DNA of 64,000 nt from Oopsacas minuta (lineage: Eukaryota; Animalia; Porifera): contig JAKMXF010000044.1 in NCBI GenBank assembly GCA_024704765.1, positions 372,001 through 436,000 of the forward strand. Reading direction: 5' to 3'. Shown here piece by piece: positions 50,625 through 60,891 of the stretch. A model generated the notes under the pieces. That model saw only the letters and a list, made by a program, of their open reading frames with translations, did no database searches and was not told the origin of the DNA. Within the stretch, counting starts at the first letter, position 1, and each line of letters opens with the position of its first letter. The position numbers and the translations under genes are program-made.

Positions 50625-52171
50625 CTGCCTATTGATTGGCTGTATTATATTCTGCCAATTATAATTGGTTTTGGTATATTTTTGTATTTCGAATTTGAAT
50701 ACATAATAACATACCACAGATGGTAGTTTGTATGTTTCTTTCTTCTTCCTCTATCATTCCTCTATGAAGGCTATTTCTACCTACGAAACCTTGTTGTAAT
50801 GCACATGCATAGCGCCCCAACACAGCACGCGAAGAGGGTTACAGAAGTGCAAAATTGTGTGAAGAAATGGCAAAAAGAGGGAAATGGTCGTAAGATGTGC
50901 ACTGCGCGTCCTTCCTTCCTCTCCATGACTTTAAGGTATGGTGCATACAAGGACACTAATTGGAAAGTGCCAATTAATTTGCATGATATTCTGGAGATAA
51001 ATGTAAGAGATGAAACCATTAAAGCAGAACCCTTAGTGACGATGGGTCAGATTCTGCTAGTTTAATCCCCAAAGGTTGAACCTTGGCTAGTGTACCAGAA
51101 CTTGACGACTTGACAGTCGGGGGCCTAATCATGGGTGTAGGCGTGGAATCTTCTTCACACATATACGGACTGTTCCAACACATTTGTGTGTCTTTCGATA
51201 TTATAACCTCAGATGGTGATTTAGTGCATTGTAGCAAAACAGAGCACCAAGATCTATTCCATGCTATCCCATGGTCTCACGGTAGTATCGGATTTCTAGT
51301 AGCAGCTGAGCTAAAGATTATTCCTTCTAAGCCTTTTGTTAAGTTAAATTATTTTCCTTTTGAAAGTAAAAAAGTCATTTATTGAAAGTTTTACTAAAGA
51401 ATCAAACGATGATAAAAATGATTTTGTTGAAGGAATTTTATTAACAAAATGTTCTGGAGTGGTGATGCTGGTACTTATTCCGACGCACCTAAAGCTGCAA
51501 GCGCGATTAACCGCATTGGACAATTTTGGAAGCCTTGGTTCTACAAATATTTGGAGACGATACAATCTACAGGCTCTTGTACTGAGTATATTCCTCTGAG
51601 AGATTATTATCACAGACACACAAGCGGGATGTTCTGGGAGATGGAAGAGATCATACCATTCGGTAATCATCCTGTCTTCCGTTTTGCCTGTGGTTGGTTA
51701 ATGCCACCCAAAGCGTCCTTACTAAAGTTAACGCAAGGAAAGACAATAAAACGACTCTATGAAGAGAAACATGTGATTCAGGACATGTTCATGCCAGTTG
51801 ATACTCTCTCTGAAATTTTGGAGGTTTTTGAAGAGCAATTTAAAGTTTACCCTCTCTGGTTGTGTCCGTTCAAACTTCCACAAAATCCAGGTCTAGTCCA
51901 CCCCAAGCAAGATAAGACTATGATGTATGTAGATGTAGGAGCTTACAGTGTGCCTAAAGTTGAAAACTTCCAAGCGAAAAAGGCTTTGAAATGTGTCGAA
52001 CATTTCGTGTGTAAGAAGGATGGGTTTCAAATGCTGTATGCAGATAATACATTAACTCGTGAGGAGTTTGGTGAGATGTTTGATCGTGAGCTTTATGATA
52101 ATGTTAGGGAGAGATATGGATGTGTGAATGCATTTCCTGATGTCTATGATAAGGTAGGAAGACATGCATAG
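50625..52171 (+). pseudogene. DHCR24: Delta(24)-sterol reductase pseudogene (full-length homology, disrupted 5' half)
   Basis: The reconstructed reading follows DHCR24 end to end (HRW*FVCFFLLPLS, MCTARP, EPLVTMGQ, PELDDLTVGGLIMG, YGLFQHIC, AIPWSHGSIGFL, KPWFYK, PLRDYYHRH, YPLWLCPF, FQMLYAD, AFPDVYDK). Lesions: no ATG, TAG 50724-26, -1 near 51053, TGA 51077-79 at a conserved Trp, +1 in A-run 51368-73, -1 near 51470. Confidence 0.9.
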
Positions 52172-52628
52172 AAGTGATTGCAATAATTTGAATCAAAGCT
52201 CTCTATGTTTATGTACATGTATACGTATATTTGATTATCCCCCTTTCTTAATTCGTTATTCGTATATTTTGCTAGATCGTATTTTTTGTATATTTTTGGT
52301 TGATAATGTTTTCTTGAAATAATATGTATTTATGCTAAATTCATTCGCTATACTCTTCCTTTCAGTTTGAATTACACTTTGAATAGTATACAAACATATA
52401 ATATACGTGTGTTTTGTAGTGGTCATGAATTCAATGGAACTTCTTTAATACGATCACCAACGGATGGTTTGTTCGCTTTATCAGGAGTTCGTATTAACCT
52501 GAGTAATACCAATTGAACAAATATTCAGGGATCTGATTTTGTGTGAATATTTGTTCGTCTTTCCTGAAATTCGTATTATCGAGGTTACACTTTCTTTATA
52601 CTATTGGATAGTCACATTAGCTTATAAA

Positions 52629-53306
52629 ATGGCTACAAATACTCCAACTAGTCCTGATGACGTAGCATCTGAGTTAGATACAGTTACTCTACTAGAGAGC
52701 ACTGTAGAACAAGAGATGGATGTGTTAGATACTCCTATCAATATTAAAAACAAGAAACAAGCTGTTGATTTCCGCAGAATCCCTGTACCCCCGAATCGAT
52801 TCACTCCCCTCAAGAACAACTGGATGAAAATATTCACACCTTGTGTTCAACATATGCAGCTACACATTAGAATAAATTTACGTAATAAATGTGTAGAACT
52901 CAAAACTTCAAAGGAAACGACAGACCCGGGCGCCATTCAGAAAGCAGCTGATTTTGTCAAAGCATTTATGCTAGGTTTTGAAGTTGATGACGCAATAGCT
53001 CTACTAAGATTAGATGAATTGTTTATTGAATCATTTGAGATACAGGACGTTAAACCGTTGAAAGGAGACCATCTCTCCCGAGCTATTGGAAGGATCGCTG
53101 GGAGGGGTGGTAAGACTAAATTCACTATTGAGAATATAACAAAGACTAGAGTCGTCCTAGCTGAAAGTAAGATACATATTCTAGGTGCATACCAGAATAT
53201 TAGGGTGGCAAGAACCGCGATTTGTAATCTTATCCTCGGCAGTCCTCCTTCTAAGGTGTATGGTTCTCTGAAGATTATTGCTAGCAGAATACAAGCTCAA
53301 CTCTAA
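52629..53306 (+). CDS. PNO1: RNA-binding protein PNO1/Dim2 (KH domains, 40S biogenesis), intronless
   Basis: [65 protein letters not shown] at 52629. Confidence 0.97.
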   Translation: MATNTPTSPDDVASELDTVTLLESTVEQEMDVLDTPINIKNKKQAVDFRRIPVPPNRFTPLKNNWMKIFTPCVQHMQLHIRINLRNKCVELKTSKETTDPGAIQKAADFVKAFMLGFEVDDAIALLRLDELFIESFEIQDVKPLKGDHLSRAIGRIAGRGGKTKFTIENITKTRVVLAESKIHILGAYQNIRVARTAICNLILGSPPSKVYGSLKIIASRIQAQL

Positions 53307-53429
53307 TAGAATATTTACCAGTTCTATAGTATCATTTGAATATAGTGTATTGTATTAGAACGATAAATTCATTTATTTTAATGTTTATAATTTGTAATTG
53401 TATTTATTCGTAGAATTTAGTTAATTGAA

Positions 53430-54461
53430 ATGGCGATGGAAGAACCAAACTCTTCCACCTTCAACATAGAGTTGTTAGAAGATCCTCAGGACTCTATCGA
53501 TCCCTCCCTTATATCTGAAAATTGTAGCCTATTCTACGAGAGAGCGGAACAAGGCTACATATGTAAGGTATGTGATCACCAATACGCATCACGAAGATAC
53601 GTACTATTCCACCTAACCAACTCTCATAACATACCTACACACTCCTGGCCTACTTGTGATAAATGTGGTAAGATATTCACGAAACCTTCAAAACTAGCAG
53701 TTCATATTAATAACCATCCTAAGATGAAACTTGAAAAAGATTCTGACATAATTGATAATTTTCAGGTAATCTATCCTTGTAAAACTACTGACATTAAAGT
53801 AATAAAATCGCCACCTACAGCTACAGAGCATCATCCTAAGAGCACCAAGCACAGGACACCAAAACCTAAGCTTTTGACAGTTTATTTCATCAGATCATCT
53901 CTCCCGGAAACTTACAAGTCTAATCCTCATAAGTGTGGTAAATGCTTCAAATCTTTCCTTACACTACAAGATAGAGATATTCATAGAGAATTGATACACA
54001 CGGAAATATCCTCTCTCACTCCTCAGAGCAAAGCTGTTACCAGAAAGACAAAACGTAATTTGAAAAGGATGAAACTAAACAAATTAAAGAACAAACAAAC
54101 ACACAGATCTAGCAAACCAGTAAGCAATGCTACATCATCAAAAAACTCTACGTTTTCTGATGCTAATGATCCAGGTCCCTCTCAGAGAAAGAAAATAGGG
54201 AGACCACTCGGTTCTATGAGCAGAAAGTATTCATATTCTCATCCTGACAGTCTAAATGAATCTGCACGGCTAGGAGATACAGATAATGATTCTAATCTCA
54301 TCACCTTTATTAGGAGAGAAAATTCAACATCTCCTATAGATTCTGAGTTAATGAACATGTCAAGTTTCCTGATTCCTAAAGAAGAGATAGAAGATGGAAA
54401 ATACTCTCCTCCTCGCGAATTTAATATTCTAATGAATGACCCTTCTACTAATATTATGTAG
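53430..54461 (+). CDS. C2H2 zinc-finger protein (3 fingers) with AT-hook-like motif
   Basis: CKVC..HLTNSH, CDKC..HINNH and CGKC..HRELIH fingers; basic stretch and RKKIGRPLGS. Confidence 0.85.
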   Translation: MAMEEPNSSTFNIELLEDPQDSIDPSLISENCSLFYERAEQGYICKVCDHQYASRRYVLFHLTNSHNIPTHSWPTCDKCGKIFTKPSKLAVHINNHPKMKLEKDSDIIDNFQVIYPCKTTDIKVIKSPPTATEHHPKSTKHRTPKPKLLTVYFIRSSLPETYKSNPHKCGKCFKSFLTLQDRDIHRELIHTEISSLTPQSKAVTRKTKRNLKRMKLNKLKNKQTHRSSKPVSNATSSKNSTFSDANDPGPSQRKKIGRPLGSMSRKYSYSHPDSLNESARLGDTDNDSNLITFIRRENSTSPIDSELMNMSSFLIPKEEIEDGKYSPPREFNILMNDPSTNIM

Positions 54462-56335
54462 ACACAGTCTCTTAAATGATTTGTTTCAATCCTTTTGAGT
54501 TTTGTATTTTTCGTTGATTAATTGTATAAAACTCGAATAATTACAATATCACATAATTAATATTACATGGACATTACATCAATATTTTCAGTTTACTATA
54601 TACAAAGATTTTAAGGAGGTTTTAATTGCGAGGGAGAATCTTTGAGTTTTCTTTTTTGGATAATGTATTTTACTCAAGGTTCACAATTTCGCAGATTCAT
54701 CATAATTCATATGATTAATCATATTTTTTTGCATATTATTCAAAATGATGCTAAATTTTTTTAAATACTGTTTGTCACGAGTAATCAAGCATGTGGATAC
54801 TGATTTTGACATTTTCAAATCTCTCACTCAGTGATTAATCATATGATTAATCATATTTTCACACCGTTTTACACCTTTTCAATTTGATGCTAGAGATTTC
54901 GGTTCATTAAGTTAGACAGGGGTAATTGCAGGAGGATAATTATTCGGAATCCTATCCATAGGATTTGCGGATAAACCAGTACAGTAGGGGACTAATAATT
55001 ATTGAATATACTAAAATATTTCTCAAATCCAGGAACCCAAAATAATACGGGGTATGGTGCATGAGGTATCTACACTACGGGGTTAGGGAGCACGCCCCCC
55101 TGGAAAGAACAAAAACAAATACCCTGAGCTGCACTACCAGTTTGTCGGCTGGACACTTTTTGGTTATCTAACACAAGGTTTCCCAATTAGTAGGTCGCAG
55201 TGCCACTTGTCATTGATAACAAAGTTTGAAGCGCCAATATCCCTTACAACAACACAAATTATATTATGTATAATCATAATTGAGGTTAGTGAACTATTCC
55301 GCACCAATTCCGATTCTAAGATCTGCCCGAAATCCGCGCGCATTCATTTGATAAACCCTGCTTTCAAGGATTCTTAGGTATCCTGAGTGTAAATTAATTA
55401 GAGAAATCTATTAATTGGGAATGATGCAGATGGCCAGTGCAACTTGAAAATGTATAATTGGACAGCTAGCTTATTCAAATCGAATCATAGAATTTCATAC
55501 TTAAACAGCATCACCTGGATAATGGAGCACCATCATCGGCTGACACATTTTGTGTATCCTTGTCGATTTCGCTCAATTGGCATATTGTCATAACTACAAC
55601 CGTGAACTATGTAGTTCACTCTACAACTTATGCCTAGCAGGGTAACAGGGGCGGTCTTAGTATTTTACATGGTAGCTAATTCTATTCTTATGGCCTAGAA
55701 AGAGCAATATATCTAAGATTAACTACGATACAAAGTGGCTCTAGAACGTTGTATAATTAATTATGTTGCATCAAATGTAACGAATTACATCACGGCCAAA
55801 ATACGGGCAAAAAGAAGACTAAAAAATGACACGTAGCCGTAAGAAGGATTTCTTCCAAAAGAAAGACATCTAATCATCCTTTAACCTTATACCATAACAT
55901 AGTCAATAACTGTATAGGGTTCATAGAAAGCCATTTTAACTTGGTTATAACTATGGATACATGACATTTAGAGAAAAATCATAATGAGAAAAATATAAAT
56001 ATTCCCACACAATAAAAATAATTGGTCATCTGATACCAAAATCAAATTGCCAATCTCCTTAACTAGATCAAAAGATTTATCGCTAAATTTGTGAATTTCT
56101 CCCGAAATTCATGCGCATTGTCTTGGTTAGGTTACTCTGCTCTTCATTGAGAATTTCGAGGTAATGAGCTATCGCTGTATTCTCCACCAGTGCAAGGAAT
56201 AAACTCACTGGCCATATCGTGTAATCTGATATAAAGAAATAGGCACCATTTATCATACTAATCTATATTAGAAGATTGCTATGCTATAATTATGCTTATA
56301 AGGAAAACTTATTCGTTATTTATATTTGATTGATA

Positions 56336-58180
56336 ATGTCTCTAGTTCGAAAAGTAATTCTTGCTATTTCCATCTCATTGCTCATTTTGACTATTCAAAC
56401 AGAACGGGTCTGTCCTCCTAACTTTTCTACTGAATATCAATCTCTCTGCTCTATTCCTTCTGTTTGTGACTGTGACTATTATCGTGGTTGCAGAGAATGC
56501 TGTTCCTACATTCCAATATCAAACTTGTGTAACTACACATCATCTAACTATTTCTCTATCGATAGCAGTAGCACAGTATTGAGCTGTGACACAGGCTACT
56601 CTCTACTCTACGTAGATTCTCTCTCTTTCTTTAGAAAGTGTTCTGAATACTGTGAATGTGATGCAAACACTAACAATTGTGAATATTGCTGTAAGGTAAC
56701 AGAGCTCTCTTGTTATAGAAGAGAGTCAGTAGTTGTAAATACTACCATTAGTTTCACTGATATCAAATCTATCGCATCATTAGCCACTCTCCCAACTAAC
56801 TATACTGCTACTCTTCGCAATCCGATTATTGATCAGGGAGCATGTGGATCCAGCCACGCCATATCAGCTGCTAGCGTATTCTCAGAGAGATTGAGTAGAT
56901 TCTACGGTACGATGGTATCTGTATCTCCTCAGAACTTTCTATGCCAAGGAACTTCTATCTTTAATTCCACGATTAACCTGTATCCAGGCTGTTCGGGTGG
57001 TATTGCATACGATGTACTCAGTTCTCTGAGTGAGTATCCAGGTCACTTGACTTGTACTGGAGGTTGTAGGACAGGATGTCTACCTTATGATGGGTACTAC
57101 GGGGGAGTGATTGATGTCAGTTCTGCTAGCCAGTGTAGAGTTGGATTCACAAAAGATGAGTCAGTTGTTACAGAAATAAGATGTCTAACTGCTTGCAATT
57201 GTAGTACACAAGCTAATTGTGATTGTTGTAAGCGAGAAGACAACTTCTGTTTAGCAGATGTATTTAACTACTCTACTGCTTGTGATGCTCTCCCCCCTGA
57301 CACGCCATACCGTACTTCTTGTACTGACACCTGTACCGCAGGATGTTCCAACCCCGCCTTCTCTTCACAGGAGAGATATCGAGCTAGAAATGTAACAACT
57401 TGTTTGATATATAACGGAAATTGGCCAGCTATGCCCAATGCTGATTTAGAGAGTGTAGTTATGTGTAATCTCTTCACTGAGGGTGTTATGACTGTAACAA
57501 TGCTAGTGAATGACACATTCCTTACTTTCTTTCAGGACAACCCTGACAGAATATTCAACAGCTCGTCTCCCCAGGGTCTGTCTATCGGGGTACAGACATT
57601 CGTGTTGATAGGCTGGGGAGTAGGGAGTGGTAGTCCTGGGATAAAGTTCTGGAGATTGGCCACCAACTGGGGGACTAAATTCGGGTTAGATGGGGTTATT
57701 TTGGTAGAACGAGGCATCAATTTACTCAATATAGAGAGTGAGATCTGTATGATTGGAGCTGCAGCAGATCTCCCCAACCCTCAGCAACAGGTCAGCGGAG
57801 AATCCCCGGGCATTCCCTTCCTCTCCAGTCAGAGAGATCTGCCTGAAACAAACCAATGGTTTTCTCTCCAGACAGACGATACAGACTTGCAAGCTGCCAT
57901 GTCAAAGCTATATGGCAGTAACATAACAGTTGCTAATGACGTCACTGTCCTAATTTCTCAAGGACAACTAGCTTCTGGACTGTTAATATATGCTAACTTT
58001 AGTGTTGGGAATTTTAGTTATGAAGGGTTGGTGTTACGTCCAGCTTACGACAGCAGTGAGTATGTGATTATTAATAATGTACCTCCAATAGATCGTCTTC
58101 TCAGTTCTTCTCCACTCATCCTGGGTAACGCTCTCCTGCTTGCTATCTTGCTTGTTTTTCTACCCATAATATTGTTTTAG
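56336..58180 (+). CDS. Secreted, membrane-anchored, Cys-rich cathepsin-B/TINAG-like papain-fold protein, predicted inactive, 614 aa
   Basis: Signal peptide; IIDQGACGSSHAIS, SPQNFLC, GCSGG, FVLIGWG, FWRLATNWG, FGLDG, NLLNIES match the peptidase C1A framework; hydrophobic C-terminus. Confidence 0.85.
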   Translation: MSLVRKVILAISISLLILTIQTERVCPPNFSTEYQSLCSIPSVCDCDYYRGCRECCSYIPISNLCNYTSSNYFSIDSSSTVLSCDTGYSLLYVDSLSFFRKCSEYCECDANTNNCEYCCKVTELSCYRRESVVVNTTISFTDIKSIASLATLPTNYTATLRNPIIDQGACGSSHAISAASVFSERLSRFYGTMVSVSPQNFLCQGTSIFNSTINLYPGCSGGIAYDVLSSLSEYPGHLTCTGGCRTGCLPYDGYYGGVIDVSSASQCRVGFTKDESVVTEIRCLTACNCSTQANCDCCKREDNFCLADVFNYSTACDALPPDTPYRTSCTDTCTAGCSNPAFSSQERYRARNVTTCLIYNGNWPAMPNADLESVVMCNLFTEGVMTVTMLVNDTFLTFFQDNPDRIFNSSSPQGLSIGVQTFVLIGWGVGSGSPGIKFWRLATNWGTKFGLDGVILVERGINLLNIESEICMIGAAADLPNPQQQVSGESPGIPFLSSQRDLPETNQWFSLQTDDTDLQAAMSKLYGSNITVANDVTVLISQGQLASGLLIYANFSVGNFSYEGLVLRPAYDSSEYVIINNVPPIDRLLSSSPLILGNALLLAILLVFLPIILF

Positions 58181-60036
58181 ATACTTTTGTACTTACCAAT
58201 AGCTGCTTCATTTATACTATAGTAATTCAGTGTGTTAAGTATTTTACAGGTGTTTCTTTATTTACATTTAATTAATGAGTTCCGGTTACTTGTGAAACAA
58301 ATGGTGGAATTTCATTTATAACCAAGCAAAGAAATGATCCACGCACGGCATGATTAATTCAGATTATAACAACATAGTCTACACTTGATCAACTTAAAGG
58401 CTGCAATTACAACTGGTGCATGCAACAATGTTGCGATGTGCATAGCCATGTTGAATTTCCATGCAACTTTGTTGAAATATGCAGGCAACTTCAGATGATA
58501 CAAGCCGCTTAGCCAAACCTTGTGTAACGCTACAAGGGGGAGTGTAGTAAGCAGAGTAGCAACCGGCATACCCATTCTTAAAATTATCTAATACAGGCAA
58601 ACCTCCGAGATACGGAAATCATCAGAGGTTACCCTTATACACTCTTAATATACTATTTTAAGGCCGAAATATCAGATGTTAGCAATAATAAGTACTACCA
58701 ATATTTATTGAAAACCGAGTAACCGAGGAGCAAGTTTTGGCCTAGAGATTCCAAGTGTCTCCAGTCTGTAATCTATAATAGATATAATATAGATATAGAT
58801 TCTATATATGGACCTAAGATTTAAATAGATAAAATGAAGGATATTTTGGCCATCCAGTCTTCAGACGAACTCCTCTAGTTTCTTTGTATCTGCTCCTCCA
58901 ATATGACACGGGCTCCGCCCCCAAATTCCTAAATGGAGCCGCCAACTAAGGCTCAGCTCCTCAGAATTGGCGAGCTCACCTAGCCCTAGCGCCGCTCTTT
59001 GGTGCGCGTATATTTAACGTTGTGGCTACACTTCTGGCCAGAAGGATAAATATATGGGTGCCGTTACCAGCATACAAGATTATCCTCTAAAAATACCATA
59101 AACCACGTCCACTTTAAGAAACAAAACTTTGGGTGCATTGCCAGCACTGTAACCACTTCTCTCTTATTGAAATAGATATACAATCAACAAATAAAAATAC
59201 AAACATATATGCATATATTCCCTATATTTGAATTGCTTCTATAATTTGTTCTTGTCGGATCAATGGTGTGTAAATCATCAATTATTTCTAGTCATTACTG
59301 CTAATTACAAAGCCACCATTTGTATTAAACTGCTTCCATCACCCTTAACATTCCAGATTGAAACGTTGTTTCTATGATTTTGATAGAATTTAATTCCAGA
59401 GATGTATTTCCTGTCGAATACTGTGTGAATTGAACTAAAAACCACAATTCAATATTCAACAAGAATCTCAGTAGCAGCTGCTCTATTCTGAGATTGTTAG
59501 TTGCACAACAGAAATACAATTTACATCATTTCTTGATTAGAGAGATTATATGCTTTCAGAGAATCTTGTTTCAACTTGGTTTTCTATAAGAAGGGTTGTT
59601 TCTCGTATCGAGCATTTCCCCTCATATTTTTCTCTCTTTCAATATTGTTTCAAGAATTGCTCTGATTATTATAATTGCTATTATACAGGTTGCTTGAGAG
59701 AATTGTCTTATCGATGTACAGAGACCCTTTCTAGATTGGGCTCAGCTTTTTCGTTGTCAAATTTAGAAATATTTATCTTCAATATTCAGATATTGCAGTT
59801 CACCCCTGGGACTATTTCCAGACTTTAGGTGAGTAATTTTATAATATATTGCAATTACGTTTGCATAAATTTTATGAATCTCTTATATTCTTTGATAATT
59901 TGGGGAATATGATTCATATTAATTAATCATAAGTAATCTTCTCTTCTTTGAGTTCTGCAATTCATTCAGTATTTGATAGTTCTATCATCAAATACTTTTA
60001 TATATCAGTTTGATTTCAATTCTGTATTCGTATCCG

Positions 60037-60891
60037 ATGGAGTCTGACTTAGTTTGTAACTTTGCTAAATGTCGTCAAACGCTTGGGAGCTTCGGCTGGA
60101 TCACCTCATGTTCCCACGTGTTCTGTGACGAACACGGTAACCATGAATTCAACAGATCAGCGAACAAGCGGTGTCCGGCTTGTAAAAGCGATATGAACGG
60201 CAAGTTCAATATTGTCCGAGCAGACCTACACCCAAGCGAGGAGTATAAGTCAATGGCACTAGCTGGACAGAGACCTGAGGTAGTGATGGAGATCTGTAGT
60301 CGTGCTATCGCTCTCTGGATGTATCAGTCTACTCAAGAGAAATTGTATCACGAATATTCTGCTAGACAAGCTAAGGAGAAAGCTTGTGATCTGGAGCAGT
60401 ATTATGAGAAGCAAATTGTGGATACAAAGACCGAACTAAATGTTATCCAAATGCAACTAAATGGTTTGAGGAAAGATAACGAAGAGTTGAAGAAGAATTT
60501 CAATTTAGTTTCAGATAAATTACAGGAGCGCACTAGACACTGTCATAAACTGCAATCACAGAACGATTCTCTCAAAAGGCAAGCAATCAAACCGGGTATA
60601 TTCATTGAAGATGACGTCACCCCTCCATCACAAGCTGCGATGACTGGACAACCTTCTGACTTTCACTTTGTGTTCGATCACTCAGCTGATTCCCACCCAA
60701 TTCAACAACAATTTGATATGCAACCATTCCGACCCATCTCTCCCCATCATCCTTTATCTACCCTACATAGCAATACATTAGCTCCTCATGACGCTAATCT
60801 GGAGAATGTGCCTCGGGTCATTATGCCGTTTGGAACCCCACCTCTTGATGGCGAGATTACCAAGAAATTGGGACGGAGGAAACTCAACTAG
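60037..60891 (+). CDS. CCNB1IP1: E3 ligase CCNB1IP1/HEI10 (meiotic crossover RING protein), intronless
   Basis: LVCNFAKCR..L...WITSCSHVFCDEHG RING, CPAC, LHPSEEYKSMALAGQRPE, SRAIALWMYQ, then coiled coil. ATG at 60037. Confidence 0.95.
   Translation: MESDLVCNFAKCRQTLGSFGWITSCSHVFCDEHGNHEFNRSANKRCPACKSDMNGKFNIVRADLHPSEEYKSMALAGQRPEVVMEICSRAIALWMYQSTQEKLYHEYSARQAKEKACDLEQYYEKQIVDTKTELNVIQMQLNGLRKDNEELKKNFNLVSDKLQERTRHCHKLQSQNDSLKRQAIKPGIFIEDDVTPPSQAAMTGQPSDFHFVFDHSADSHPIQQQFDMQPFRPISPHHPLSTLHSNTLAPHDANLENVPRVIMPFGTPPLDGEITKKLGRRKLN

Noticed and set aside
51040-51480. Programmed frameshifting or stop readthrough to rescue DHCR24
   Set aside because: It would need three shifts in both directions, two readthroughs and a non-AUG start; no slippery heptamer/structure pair is evident.
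3785-57777. Short ORFs antisense to real genes (e.g. 3785, 5467, 24768, 31956, 33885, 34781, 35768, 43641, 52622, 57268, 57532)
   Set aside because: Shadows of coding sequence on the opposite strand with no independent similarity or signals.
56336-58180. Calling the Cys>Ser papain-fold protein a silicatein
   Set aside because: It is cathepsin-B-like rather than L-like, lacks the catalytic His and the silicatein Ser cluster, and has extra domains.
59325-59830. Possible decayed coding sequence on the minus strand upstream of HEI10
   Set aside because: Many stops in all frames and no recognisable family; cannot be told from intergenic DNA.
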